From an uncultured Alcaligenaceae bacterium (GTDB lineage Bacteria; Planctomycetota; Planctomycetia; Gemmatales; Gemmataceae), in NCBI GenBank assembly GCA_964423615.1, contig CAYRFQ010000011.1:84548-148547 (forward strand): a stretch of DNA of 64,000 nt. The letters are read 5' to 3'. The notes beneath the pieces are model-generated. The model saw only the letters and a program-made list of their open reading frames with translations. It was not told the DNA's origin and did not search any database. A program made the translations under genes and the position numbers. Shown here piece after piece: positions 30,423 through 40,785 of the stretch. Position 1 is the stretch's first letter, and each line of letters begins with the position of its first letter.

Positions 30423-30491
30423 TTCCCGGCACTTTTTGCTAAGATCAGAAACCTCGGGAAAAATGACCGAACGACACGCCTGACCCAAGGA

Positions 30492-30923
30492 ATGGAAGAG
30501 GCTCGACCCTTTATGGAAATCGTGGGAATAGGTACGGACATCATCGAGTGTTCGCGGATTGGCAAGATGATCGAACAACACGGCGAGTTGTTCTTAACGC
30601 GTGTCTACACCCCTTCAGAGATTCGATACTGTCACGCAAATAGAGATTCGACGGAACGATTTGCCGGACGTTGGGCGGCCAAGGAAGCCATCTTGAAATG
30701 TCTTGGAACGGGATGGCGCAACGGTATCGCCTGGACAGACATGGAAATCCGAAATGATCCGACGGGAGCCCCTCATGTTTACGTTTCGGGTGTTGCCCGC
30801 GAACATGCCCTGGAACAAGGTATCTCCAAGATCCTCATTTCGATCTCGCACTGTCGGGCTTATGCGACGGCTTACGCCATGGGGGTAACCGGAAGCACCC
30901 CGCTGCCACCAATTCCCGATTAG
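30492..30923 (+). CDS. acpS: Holo-[acyl-carrier-protein] synthase
   Basis: The segment MEIVGIGTDIIECSRI...RFAGRWAAKEAILKCLGTG is typical of AcpS. The upstream 29823..30491 part of the ORF is antisense to uvrD and is rejected. The start is an in-frame ATG at 30492 or 30513. Confidence 0.8.
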   Translation: MEEARPFMEIVGIGTDIIECSRIGKMIEQHGELFLTRVYTPSEIRYCHANRDSTERFAGRWAAKEAILKCLGTGWRNGIAWTDMEIRNDPTGAPHVYVSGVAREHALEQGISKILISISHCRAYATAYAMGVTGSTPLPPIPD

Positions 30924-31362
30924 GGCGACTGAAGTTTTGTTGCTTTTGGAGCGCGGCTTGACGCCGCTTCTGTCTTCTGTCTGGTTTTCGAACAGGCCCC
31001 AGTCATCCGGAATAGCTTTGTCGTAGGTCCCGTCTCACTCGACGGAGCTACTGCACCACGTCCACAATCAACTGTCGAGCGACCTTGTAAGCTTGCCGCA
31101 AGGTTGTTGCTCGAGCTTCGAGTTGCCCTTCGTTGAAGTACTTTCCGTGTTCCGATTCCGGAAGCCCGGCCAGCGCCAAAGTGACCGGAAGTAATCGCAT
31201 GAACTCGTTGACTCGTTGTTGTTGTTTTTCTGCCTCGGGGGTCATGGCGTAACCTTTGTGAATAGAAGGAAGAATGGTGTCACGAATACGACAGCGGTCT
31301 TCCTTCCAGGTTACTGATCTGGGAAAGGTATCTCAACCCATGGGGACCGAGAGGGGTAGGGC

Positions 31363-32553
31363 TCATGCGGCCGCTTTTTTCGCTGCAATCTGTTCAAACA
31401 ACTGGCGAAGTTGTTGGTAATGATGATCGAACGTCCATGAGTTGCCTGTCTTGCGGGCTGCAGATGCACAACGGTTTCTGTGTTCAGGGTCCAGGAGTTG
31501 GGCCATCGACCACGCGAGTTGAGAATGGTTGTGGGGGTCGTCCACGACATAACCATTCTGGCCCTGCTCTAGTAATTCGCTCGCGCCGTTGTACCGCGTC
31601 GTGACGACTGGAAGGGCACACGCCAGTGCTTCCAGGGCCACCAACGAGCAGGGATCGTAAAAGGTGGGATGAATCAAAAAGTCGGCAGCGAAGTAAGCTT
31701 CTCGCATCTCTCCGCAGTGTCCCACGAACGTCACCTTGTCGGCAATCCCCAACCGTTGGGCCATTCGAAGGTAGCGCCGGTGGTTGGGATGTCCCGCCAC
31801 GACGAGACGGAACTCGCGTGCTCGTGGTTGATATTCCGGCGTGTTGAAAAGAGTCGCAACGCTGTGCAACAGAGGGACAAGTCCCTTGAGTCGATAGTTC
31901 ATTGCGGCAAACAACCCAACAGTTTCGTTGGCTGGGATGTTCCATCGTGATCGCCATTCGAGTCGCCGACGAGGTCGGTCCGTCTCACAGAAGCGATTTG
32001 GATCGATCGCGCTGCGGATGACGTGAAGTTGCTCCGGTTGGATGCCATAGTGTTCGTGGAAGTGCCGCCGAACCATGAAACTGTTGACGACGATGGCCGT
32101 CGGAGGACAAGCGAGATACTGCTTCTGTTCCAGACGAGTGAACGACCGGTGTGCCAGATCTCCGCCCTTTAAGACCCGAACCAGATAACGCATCCACTCC
32201 TGTGGATATTTCCGGAGGTTGTGCTCGAACGACGCAGCATGGAGTCCACCCTGCGGGTAGAGGATATCCTGGCCCCACGTTTTATTGAACCCTATGGACA
32301 CGTCATGGACATTGCTTGCAAGTGCCTTTTCGCACCTGGCAGCAAACTTCCACGGACGAAGAAAACGGGGACCACTCACTCTCGGGATTCTGTGATATTG
32401 GACACCATCGGGCATCCGTGTCTCGTCCCATCGGCTGGCATACAAGTGGACCTGGTGTCCTTCCGATAGGAGTCGACGTGCGAGGTCCGTAATGTAGGTT
32501 TCACACCCACCTCGTTCGGGGAGGACGCTCTCGTAACAAAAAGCAATGTTCAT
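31363..32553 (-). CDS. Glycosyltransferase family 1 (GT4), LPS-core type
   Basis: The start MNIAFCYESVLPERGGCETYI was verified at an ATG at nt 32553. The C-terminal EX7E region (FLIHPTFYDPCSLVALEALACALPVV) is present. The stop overlaps the downstream kinase start by 4 nt. Confidence 0.8.
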   Translation of the reverse strand: MNIAFCYESVLPERGGCETYITDLARRLLSEGHQVHLYASRWDETRMPDGVQYHRIPRVSGPRFLRPWKFAARCEKALASNVHDVSIGFNKTWGQDILYPQGGLHAASFEHNLRKYPQEWMRYLVRVLKGGDLAHRSFTRLEQKQYLACPPTAIVVNSFMVRRHFHEHYGIQPEQLHVIRSAIDPNRFCETDRPRRRLEWRSRWNIPANETVGLFAAMNYRLKGLVPLLHSVATLFNTPEYQPRAREFRLVVAGHPNHRRYLRMAQRLGIADKVTFVGHCGEMREAYFAADFLIHPTFYDPCSLVALEALACALPVVTTRYNGASELLEQGQNGYVVDDPHNHSQLAWSMAQLLDPEHRNRCASAARKTGNSWTFDHHYQQLRQLFEQIAAKKAAA

Positions 32554-33467
32554 GCCGCAGCCTCTTTCTTGCTGGAACTCTGCCGCTCGATCCTTCGGAG
32601 TCGTTTCTCGTTGTGATCCTTGTAACGCCACCACTTCACTCGAATACACCATTCGAAAAACTTGGTCCGGAGACCACGGCGGGAACCTTGTCGGTAGAGT
32701 CTCCAAAAACGGATACAATCCCGAGTCGTCACGCCTTCAACGTCAGTGGAGTAAAGCAACTGGGCGAGATCCTTGATCTGCCACCAAGTCCTTGTCACTG
32801 GATGGTGCCCTAGGCGGTGGAAGTCGATCAAGTGCAAATCACCTTGGAGACTCTCCCTTTGATATTGTCCCGCCCAGCCGTAAATGACCGCGCGGGGCAG
32901 ATAGAAATGACAGAGATAAAGGTCCTTGTGAAAATGATTTCGTGTATGGAGTTTACGCGAGAGTCGGGCCATCTCGACGACGAGGGCCTTCTTCCACGTC
33001 AAAAAATCGCTAGGAGCAAGGACATCCTGGGCATAGGGGATCGCCTGATGCAAGGGGAGCATGTCGGCTAATTCTTTGATGGCGAGCATACTTTGAAGTT
33101 TCCATCCTGGACCAGCATACTCCGCCCCAGCGACAGGAGTTGGGACAGGTATTCCTTGTGCTTCAGCCCAGTTCAGGTGGCGCCACTCCTGCAGACCCGG
33201 AGCCCAATGTGCCCAAGGGAACAGAAGTGAGAAAAGACCTTGCCACCAAGGAAGCTGGTAATGGCGTTTGAGATACACGCTAAGCTGTTGACCGTTTTTC
33301 TTGATGATCCACCGACACGTCGAACGTCCCTGTTTCTCGTGAAAGTCGTCTGTGGGAATGACCGTCATGATGGTGTCCGGCCAGTCATTACCAACGAACT
33401 CGATCCAATCGGGGCGAGCTTTTATTGTCCGACATCCTCGGAAGAGCCGAGCGAAGAAGTTTCTCAT
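32550..33467 (-). CDS. Lipopolysaccharide kinase (Kdo/WaaP/InaA) family protein
   Basis: A protein-kinase-like catalytic loop (HFHKDLYLCHF) is present, with DFHRLG. The ~300-aa size is typical of WaaP/KdkA. Start and stop overlap the neighbouring genes. Confidence 0.65.
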   Translation of the reverse strand: MRNFFARLFRGCRTIKARPDWIEFVGNDWPDTIMTVIPTDDFHEKQGRSTCRWIIKKNGQQLSVYLKRHYQLPWWQGLFSLLFPWAHWAPGLQEWRHLNWAEAQGIPVPTPVAGAEYAGPGWKLQSMLAIKELADMLPLHQAIPYAQDVLAPSDFLTWKKALVVEMARLSRKLHTRNHFHKDLYLCHFYLPRAVIYGWAGQYQRESLQGDLHLIDFHRLGHHPVTRTWWQIKDLAQLLYSTDVEGVTTRDCIRFWRLYRQGSRRGLRTKFFEWCIRVKWWRYKDHNEKRLRRIERQSSSKKEAAA

Positions 33468-35065
33468 AAAGTGGCTAACTCCTCTCTCGACTCTTCATCC
33501 AGATCAACCACAGAGTGAGGCAGTGCCAGCTGTTGTATCTCATGGCTACCTTGACGGCTTACTGTCAGAAAGTAAGCGAACTCGTCTTGAGAACACAACG
33601 ATCCGAGCTGATCCCAGGTTTCCGACAGGTTGTGTCGAGGGTGTTGCCTCTTCACTCTTTCGGGGGCATTGATCATCACGGTGTGGGCTGTGCTTGAAAT
33701 TTTAACTCCGAGGACATCTGGTCCTTCAATGCTATATCCAACCTGGTGGGCTTTGTGGCATATAGCCCCGGCCTGGGAAAGGACGGAGCGTCGCAGTCGA
33801 GCGTTAGCTGCTCCGGTGGTCTTCACCAACCAGACATCCAGCGGCACGCAATCTCGAACCTGTTCGGTGAGGAGGAACGACCGCAGTGTGCCGCACTCCA
33901 TGACTTTGTGACCAACGGCCAAAACTGTCGGCACCGGGAACCCGAATCGTTCCAACCGAAAGATCGTTTTGGCCACCTCGAATTGTTTTCCAACCAGAGA
34001 CTTTTTTCGAAACCAGTTCCAGAAACGAGTCGTCGGAGGATCTTGGTCTTGAACAACGAGTGTTGCCGGGGATTGCCTCGTCTCAGAGATGTTTGTTGGT
34101 GGTAAAGTCAGGTCGAAAACCAGTCCCCCGTCATTCGCACACGATTCCGGCTTGGCGTACACATCCTCTAACACTTCGGGTACTCGTCCACCAACATCTG
34201 TCGCAAATTCACGGCTGAAGCAGAAGGTCTCCCCCTCGAACCAGATCAAGTTTTGTGCACCAGCCCGCAAGGGAGGTTGTCGCATTTCATGAAATCGACT
34301 TTTGTGCCACAGGCGACGTCGTCGCTGTCGAATAAACCGGAGTGCAGCCGAGAATGAAGGGACGTGGGTCTCAAGAGTCTCCATCGTATCGAGGTAGCAT
34401 CGCAGGAAGGATAGTTGTTGCTCCTCTGGAGCAAGATACGGGGCGATGGTGGCATGCAAAGAAGACAAATCCCGAAGGCGGTTGTTCCACGAACGTGAAC
34501 GAACGGCTCGCTGCCAGTCAAGCAGGATGATGTCATCCAGCTTTGCCGTTGAGAACAGGACGTGCTTGGAGTAGAGGTCTTTGTGGACCCATCCCGTAGC
34601 ATGAAAACGAGCGATTGTCGTTGCCAAGGACGTGAAGACCTCTTGACGGTCCAGGTGACAGTCGAGGTTTTCCAATAATTCACGCAAATCAACGACTTCT
34701 ATGCATTCTTTGAGGAGTAAGAACGCTTGTCCCTGGTCATCTTCTCCAGCAGCGATGGGGGTCGGAATTCCGACCACCTGCTTCTTGCGCATGACTTGGA
34801 GTGTGTGAAATTCACGAACAGACTTGGACGTCCAACCAAATCCATTGGTCCAGTTTTCCAAGCGATCTTTCCATCTCGTCTGGTGTTCTCTTTTGAGAAA
34901 ACACTGCTGGTGTTGAGTGCCGTTACCAACCTCAACCCGAGACACATTGCGGTCGAGGTGTCCGGAGTAGATGACCCCTTGCAGGTTGAGAAAGTCGGAG
35001 ACGGTCTTGAGTCCGTAGTGTTGCAAGAGTCGCTGGTAGTCAGGATGAATGAGCAATTTAGGCAT
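33464..35065 (-). CDS. Tandem (duplicated) lipopolysaccharide-kinase-family protein
   Basis: There are two kinase-like halves. The N-terminal half has GWVHKDLYSKHVLF...LLDWQR. The C-terminal half resembles the preceding gene (FEVAKTIFRLERFGFPVPTVLAVG...). The start is trimmed to MPKLLIHPDYQ. Confidence 0.6.
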   Translation of the reverse strand: MPKLLIHPDYQRLLQHYGLKTVSDFLNLQGVIYSGHLDRNVSRVEVGNGTQHQQCFLKREHQTRWKDRLENWTNGFGWTSKSVREFHTLQVMRKKQVVGIPTPIAAGEDDQGQAFLLLKECIEVVDLRELLENLDCHLDRQEVFTSLATTIARFHATGWVHKDLYSKHVLFSTAKLDDIILLDWQRAVRSRSWNNRLRDLSSLHATIAPYLAPEEQQLSFLRCYLDTMETLETHVPSFSAALRFIRQRRRRLWHKSRFHEMRQPPLRAGAQNLIWFEGETFCFSREFATDVGGRVPEVLEDVYAKPESCANDGGLVFDLTLPPTNISETRQSPATLVVQDQDPPTTRFWNWFRKKSLVGKQFEVAKTIFRLERFGFPVPTVLAVGHKVMECGTLRSFLLTEQVRDCVPLDVWLVKTTGAANARLRRSVLSQAGAICHKAHQVGYSIEGPDVLGVKISSTAHTVMINAPERVKRQHPRHNLSETWDQLGSLCSQDEFAYFLTVSRQGSHEIQQLALPHSVVDLDEESREELATL

Positions 35066-35145
35066 CGAGTGGCTTCGCTTTGTTGGAGGGTAATGCGACG
35101 TCACGCCATCAGACCGACACGTATTCAATTGATAGGACGTGCCCG

Positions 35146-36216
35146 TTACGCCACTTTCTTGTCGGGTGTCTTTTCAGCAGAAGGCGAACATCGCGACAGC
35201 AAGTTGATCGCCTCGACAAACACCTCATTGGCGGTCAGTTCTTTCATACATCTGTGATCCAACGGACACACTCGGAGTTGACAAGGCCCACAGGGAACAT
35301 CCCGTTGCAGACAAGTTTCTTTGGCGTGGTAGGTGACGGTCCAGGGTATATGCGTTGGGCCAAAAAGACTCACGACGGGCTTGTCAAAGGCTGCTGCAAA
35401 ATGCCTCGGGCCACTGTCGGTGGTGATCAACATGTCAGCGCGACGGACACATCCCTTGGTCAGTCCAATCGACTGGGGCACGTCGGCCAGAGTCTTGACT
35501 CCATCCCTTCGAGAAAGGTTCGCGATCTGACGTGCCAGGTCCCGTTCCTTTGGTCCACAAAGCACCAGTATGCCACTGCCTCGCTCCTCGACCAGTTTTC
35601 GGGCGAGTGTTGCGAAGTATTCTGTTGGCCAGTGTTTGGCAGCACCATAGGCAGCTCCTGGGTTGAGGCAAATGATCTCTGGGTACTTGCCCAGGTCGTA
35701 GCGTTCCCAAACCATTGTGGTCGCTTCCTCATCCTGGGGAGTTGTATACAGCTTCATCCGAACCCCAGGATGGGGACACCCGACTTGTTCCACCAAGAGG
35801 TTGTAGGCGTCGATGATGGGGCTCGGTTTGAAGTGTCCCTTCTCGTCCCGGAGTGGCTCCAGTCGGTCAGTCAGTAACCATCTGCGACCGTAGCGGTTGT
35901 ACCCAATACGTCGACGACATTTCCCAGCCCAAGCGACCATAGCTGACCGAAACGAATTGGGGAATATCACAGCAAGATCGATTCCGCGTCGACGAAGTTT
36001 CCAGGCGACACCGGGCCACCGACGCGACAACGGTCCCTTCTTCTCGAGGGGAATGAGTTCGTCGAACCAGGGTGCTCCTTCGAGGACATCTCCGACGTAA
36101 GGCTTGAGGATCCCGACGAACGAGGCCGAAGAGAAATGATGTCGTAGACTCCGAATGGCAGGCGTTGCCATGACGACATCGCCAATCCAGTTTGGGAGAA
36201 ATACCGCAATTCTCAT
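35146..36216 (-). CDS. ADP-heptose:LPS heptosyltransferase (GT9)
   Basis: MRIAVFLPNWIGDVVMATPAIRSLR is the GT9 hallmark N-terminus. ...HFAAAFDKPVVSLFGPT also fits. Confidence 0.8.
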   Translation of the reverse strand: MRIAVFLPNWIGDVVMATPAIRSLRHHFSSASFVGILKPYVGDVLEGAPWFDELIPLEKKGPLSRRWPGVAWKLRRRGIDLAVIFPNSFRSAMVAWAGKCRRRIGYNRYGRRWLLTDRLEPLRDEKGHFKPSPIIDAYNLLVEQVGCPHPGVRMKLYTTPQDEEATTMVWERYDLGKYPEIICLNPGAAYGAAKHWPTEYFATLARKLVEERGSGILVLCGPKERDLARQIANLSRRDGVKTLADVPQSIGLTKGCVRRADMLITTDSGPRHFAAAFDKPVVSLFGPTHIPWTVTYHAKETCLQRDVPCGPCQLRVCPLDHRCMKELTANEVFVEAINLLSRCSPSAEKTPDKKVA

Positions 36217-36305
36217 CGAGAGTTCCTTCTCACTGGGGTGCCTGTGCTGCGAAGACAAGGGATCGATGCACTTTCTGGTCTGACCCAGACCAGGCGATAA
36301 TGACT

Positions 36306-37799
36306 CTACGCTGCTCGGAGGTTGCCTGAAAGATTCGTTGCCGGGTAGGCCACCTCCACCGGTGGTTGCACCCGGCCCCCATACGACTCAACGAATTCCT
36401 TCTCAACGGCCTCAGTACTGATGGCGTTTTCCCTTGGCACAAGGACATCGGGGCGTATCATCTCGATTAAATTCCAAGGACTCGAGTCGTCGAATGTCAC
36501 CACGTAGTCAACGGACTCCAAGCTGGACACCACGGCAACACGTGCTTCGTGTGAGTTGACCAGAGGGTTGTGACCTTTCGAGTGATGATCGCTCGCGTCC
36601 GAACTCACACCGACAATGAGGACGTCGACTTCCGCCCTCGCCGCCCGGAAAGAATTAACATGCCCGACTTGCAACATGTCGAAATCGCCACTGGCAAACC
36701 CTACTCGTTGACCCAACGTCCGACGGATGCGCAACTCCTGGGACAAATCCTTTAGGGACACCACCTTCACGATGCTAGGGACCAAATCCGTTTGTGTTCC
36801 GGCTCCATGATGCAGAAGGTCTTGCAGTATTTCATCCCGAGTGACCGTCGCAACCCCGATCTTCTCGACTTCCAAGCCACCGGCAACGTTCGCCAATGCG
36901 ATGGCTTCTTCGTAATTTCGTCCAGAGGCCAAGACCATTCCCAACATGGCCAAGACCATGTCCCCTGCCCCGGTGATGTCGTACACTTGACGGGGGCGTG
37001 TGGGGAAGATCTTTTCTGTCCCATCTTGGTGAACAAACGCCATCCCGTCCTTGTCCAGTGTAATGAGCGAGGCCTCCAGACCGAGATCTTGAACTAACTG
37101 CTGCCCTGCTCGGAAAACGTCCTCTTTGTTGTTGAGGGTCAATTCTGTTCCGAGACTCGCTTCGAGTCGGTTTGGGGTGATTGCCGAGCAGCCATGATAC
37201 TTCCGATAGTCCTGACCTCGGATGGGATCTACGAGAATGCGAAGATTATTCCGTTTGGCGTTCGCAATGACCTGGGCGAGTAAGTTGGGTGTACACACCC
37301 CCTTGTCGTAGTCACTCACCAACACGATGTCCGACTGAAGGACCTGGCGTTGGATGTACCGTCCGAGTTCTCGTTCGATACCGTAGCCCACCGTCGACGC
37401 GTCTTCATGGTCGACGCGTAACATCTGTTGGGGGTGCCTGTGTTGTGCGCGTCCGATGTAACGTTCTTTGACGGTCGTTGGCCGGTCGGGATCCGAGATC
37501 ACGCCCTCGTAGTTGATAGACAACTCCGTGAGGAGTTGTTTCACTCGCAAGGCGTCCGAATCTGCCCCGACGACACCAGCGACTGAGACCTTGGCACCCA
37601 ACGCCCGCAGCATGGTGGCTACGCTGCTCGCGCCCCCGAGTCGTTCTTCCTTTCGGTCGGCTTTGAGGAGGATGACGGGAGCTTCCTGACTGATGCGTGA
37701 GGCATCACCCCAGACATACCGGTCGAGCATCAGGTCCCCGACAACCAACACCCTTGGTTGTCCGAGATTCTGCACCAGTTCGATCAAGTCTGCGGACAT
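36306..37799 (-). CDS. hldE: Bifunctional D-glycero-β-D-manno-heptose-7-phosphate kinase / heptose-1-phosphate adenylyltransferase
   Basis: An N-terminal ribokinase-like domain (RVLVVGDLMLDRYVWGDASRISQEAPV) precedes a C-terminal cytidylyltransferase domain (VGFASGDFDMLQVGHVNSF). Confidence 0.85.
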   Translation of the reverse strand: MSADLIELVQNLGQPRVLVVGDLMLDRYVWGDASRISQEAPVILLKADRKEERLGGASSVATMLRALGAKVSVAGVVGADSDALRVKQLLTELSINYEGVISDPDRPTTVKERYIGRAQHRHPQQMLRVDHEDASTVGYGIERELGRYIQRQVLQSDIVLVSDYDKGVCTPNLLAQVIANAKRNNLRILVDPIRGQDYRKYHGCSAITPNRLEASLGTELTLNNKEDVFRAGQQLVQDLGLEASLITLDKDGMAFVHQDGTEKIFPTRPRQVYDITGAGDMVLAMLGMVLASGRNYEEAIALANVAGGLEVEKIGVATVTRDEILQDLLHHGAGTQTDLVPSIVKVVSLKDLSQELRIRRTLGQRVGFASGDFDMLQVGHVNSFRAARAEVDVLIVGVSSDASDHHSKGHNPLVNSHEARVAVVSSLESVDYVVTFDDSSPWNLIEMIRPDVLVPRENAISTEAVEKEFVESYGGRVQPPVEVAYPATNLSGNLRAA

Positions 37800-37838
37800 G
37801 GTGGGATACCTCATCTATTGTGGTCGTCGATGGCAGTA

Positions 37839-38849
37839 TTAAGCCGCTTTCGCTGGAACGGTCTCGTCGACGACCGGTTTTATAGCAACCAACTGAGCCG
37901 CCACGGCTGCATGAATCAACGGAATCATGATTTCGTGATGTCCTGTAATCTCGATCCCTTCACTCGAAGGTCGCTCCAGAACGTTCACTCGAGACCGATA
38001 ATTGGATTGCTTGTCGATATCTACGGTGATCAAGCCATCGAGTGAGTACCCAAAGTTGATCGCTACTGAGACGGCTTTGAGGAACACTTCAGGCATGATC
38101 ACAGCACTGCCCAGATTGCACCAAACGCCTCGCTCCATGGTGGCTACCACCGAACACAGCCGTCGGAAGTCGATCAGGCTTGCTTCGCCCAGGGATGCTC
38201 CATCGACGTGGGGGTGCATGTGGACTATGTCAGTCCCCAAGGCCACATGAACTGTGCAAGGTATCTTAGCTTGATAGGCTGCCAGCAGTACACTGCACTC
38301 GGGATACGCACAATCTTGTGTGTCCAAGAATTCTCCCAAGGCCCACCCAAGTCCGACGTCGTTCTCAGCTCCAGTCCTGGCTGCGAGGGCAAAGGCATCT
38401 GCGGTTTCCCGGGCCATTCCGAAGCGTCCCAGTGGCAGCTGCGATGCCACGTCCTCGCTCGTTTTGCCACCGATGGCCAGCTCGACGTCGTGGATCGCTG
38501 CCGCACCATTGAGCGAAATTCCTGTCAATAGCCCCTTGCGAATCCAGTCGATCAGGTACGGTCCGCAACCGGTCTTGATGACGTGTCCACCGAGGGCAGC
38601 GACGACTGTCCGGCCCTCTTCGTGCGCCCCGCACAGGTGTGAGCACACTTTCCGAATGCTATTCCCGGCGAGTTGTCGAGGCAGCGAGTTGATCCAATCG
38701 TTGACCGAAACTTGACCTGTGACGGGCCTCCCCAAGTCAGTGTGGAACACCTTCGACGGTCGGGAGGTGAGGTTGTACGTTTGCAGACCATGGAGGTCGA
38801 AAGGGGGGAATTTTTGTTGATTATCTTCTGGGATGGGAGACGGGTTCAC
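37839..38849 (-). CDS. Hypothetical protein, deoxyhypusine-synthase-like (DHS-like NAD-binding fold) family; function unknown
   Basis: This 336-aa gene sits inside the LPS operon. Loose pattern similarity to the DHS glycine-rich regions (GISLNGAAAIHDVE, CNLGSAVIMPEV) is all that supports the call. Its stop overlaps the upstream gene by 4 nt. Confidence 0.4.
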   Translation of the reverse strand: MNPSPIPEDNQQKFPPFDLHGLQTYNLTSRPSKVFHTDLGRPVTGQVSVNDWINSLPRQLAGNSIRKVCSHLCGAHEEGRTVVAALGGHVIKTGCGPYLIDWIRKGLLTGISLNGAAAIHDVELAIGGKTSEDVASQLPLGRFGMARETADAFALAARTGAENDVGLGWALGEFLDTQDCAYPECSVLLAAYQAKIPCTVHVALGTDIVHMHPHVDGASLGEASLIDFRRLCSVVATMERGVWCNLGSAVIMPEVFLKAVSVAINFGYSLDGLITVDIDKQSNYRSRVNVLERPSSEGIEITGHHEIMIPLIHAAVAAQLVAIKPVVDETVPAKAA

Positions 38850-39889
38850 TCGGCTGCTTCCTTTAGCATGCGGTCAAGACGGTCCCGGCCTTCGGTGATC
38901 CGCAGCTCGATGCGTAATGCCCATAGCTGACGTTCGCCGATACGGTTGAGTCGAATCTTGACCAAATCCTTTTGGGTCGTAACGATCACGCAATCCATTG
39001 CCAGGTTCCTTGCCCAGCGTCGCAGGTCTTCGACGTCTTCACGTGTGTAAGCGTGGTGGTCGGAAAACGTGCGAAAGTCTACTAACTCGACGTCCAACAT
39101 TTCAAGTGTGTTCCGAAAAGCCTGTGGGTTGCCGATTCCACAAAACGCGGCGACCTTAGTCTCTTGAAGTCGTGACAGTGGCGATGTCTCCTGATCGGAG
39201 TTAATCAAAGTCGTGGGTGAGTGTGTCGTTTGAACGATGGGCTTATCGGGAGCCAAGCTTTGGATTCGAGTTAGAATCCTGTTGTATTCCTCCGGTGTCA
39301 CTTGGTCGCTCCGGGTGACGAGAATCAAGCTCGCCCGTTGGAGGCCCGAGAGTGGTTCGCGTAAGAGTCCTCTCGGAAGGACTGATCCGTAGCCCCAAGG
39401 TGCCAATGCATCGATCAGTACGATGTCCAAGTTACGGGCGAGGCGTCGGTGTTGGAATCCATCGTCCAAGACTGCGACTTCGCTTTCGAGTTCTTCTGCT
39501 GCCGTCGTTGCCAGTTCGCTTCGATCGGGCCCCTGGAGATGCGGCACGTCTGGAAGATTTTCTTCCAGGAGGAGTGCTTCATCGTTGGGGCCTTCTTTAA
39601 CACCGTATCCTCGGCTCAAGATGACTACCCGTAGGTCGTGTCTCCGAAACCACTTCGCGACGTACTCCACGCAGGGTGTCTTCCCAGTCCCTCCGACGGT
39701 CAAGTTTCCGATGCTGATGACCGGGATGGGGGCTTCGTGGGTCTTTTTCCAGCCAGCGTCGAAGAGCCAGTTTCGGGCCCGAGCAGCGATTGCGTAGGGT
39801 ATACTCAGTAGCCACAGGCCGAGACGTAGAAGCCATGGCCAGAGGCCGCGTTGTTCTCCTCGGATCAGGCAAAGGTAATACTCTTGCAC
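38846..39889 (-). CDS. lpxK: Tetraacyldisaccharide 4'-kinase
   Basis: VISIGNLTVGGTGKTPCVEYV is the LpxK P-loop. The size is right. Confidence 0.8.
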   Translation of the reverse strand: MQEYYLCLIRGEQRGLWPWLLRLGLWLLSIPYAIAARARNWLFDAGWKKTHEAPIPVISIGNLTVGGTGKTPCVEYVAKWFRRHDLRVVILSRGYGVKEGPNDEALLLEENLPDVPHLQGPDRSELATTAAEELESEVAVLDDGFQHRRLARNLDIVLIDALAPWGYGSVLPRGLLREPLSGLQRASLILVTRSDQVTPEEYNRILTRIQSLAPDKPIVQTTHSPTTLINSDQETSPLSRLQETKVAAFCGIGNPQAFRNTLEMLDVELVDFRTFSDHHAYTREDVEDLRRWARNLAMDCVIVTTQKDLVKIRLNRIGERQLWALRIELRITEGRDRLDRMLKEAAE

Positions 39890-40212
39890 ACCTGTGTCAC
39901 CAGTTTCTGGGATGCGAGCGTGAGTTTAGCGAAAGGTGTTATATTCGCAGCGGCGTTTTTGTGTCAACGGTATTCGCGTCCTCGTCCCATGTTGAAACGG
40001 GTTTTCGACGCGCCGGGAACATTACCTGAAAAGCCGACGCGAGTGCAAAGAGAGGAACCTTCACTTGTGCTTCGGGTGTCGTCGGAGAGGTCCCCGATTG
40101 CGTTGAGTGGACTTGCTTTTTCCAAGGTGAAGGGCTGGAACGCCTCGAACCGAAAAGAACATACGCGTACACCGATTTTCTTGGAACACCCCTCATCCTC
40201 AATCATCTCCCC

Positions 40213-40345
40213 TCGGGTAGGCGGGTCAATTGTGTCGCGTTTGTTGTGGTTCTTTGGGTTCGGTGGGTTTCCACTCACGGCGAGGATCTGGCGCCCCTTC
40301 GGAGCCTAAAAACCAAAACACGACTCTTGAGCCGACTACCCGAGC
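40213..40345 (+). repeat. Intergenic structured repeat element, copy B
   Basis: The 5' arm is GGTAGGCGGGTCAattGTGTCGCGTTTGTTGTGGTTCTTTGGGTTCGGTGGGTTT. The 3' arm is AAAACCAAAACACGACTCTTGAGCCGACTACCCGAGCG. It is alignable with copies A and C. Confidence 0.7.
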
Positions 40346-40785
40346 GAGAAGAAGGACTTTGATGTGCTCCCACCGCAAACGGAAACCCCTCTAAATTCCC
40401 GTTTTCAGGGCAAGGGGTGTCACCGGCTTGGGAAGCCACTTCGGAACCACAATGGTGTGCCGTCGCAGGCTAGTCTCACCCTATCATGATTTCTCGGCAC
40501 GTCATTTCGGAGCCTCTTTTCGCGGCGATACCTTAGTTGGGTTTCAAGAGATTCCTGCTCCTTCGTGATGTCGACTTCAGGGGGAGCCCTGAGAGAGGTA
40601 AGATCGGAAGATTGTTCCGGTTGTTGCACCGAAACCTATCCAGTTTTGGCAACCTTCGTTGGTTTTCCCAACAGTCATCCAACCGGGCTTTGTCGATACC
40701 TTGAGAATAAGTAAGCGACGCTCTTGCACCATTTGGATGCTCTCACTGTCGAGCACCTCGATTCACCCGAGAGGAGAGGTCAGAA

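Noticed and set aside
29823-30491. A 5' extension of the acpS ORF, giving a 366-aa ORF
   Set aside because: The upstream 223 codons are antisense to uvrD, and their translation is non-protein-like. The conserved AcpS N-terminus (MEIVGIGTDI) begins at 30492/30513.
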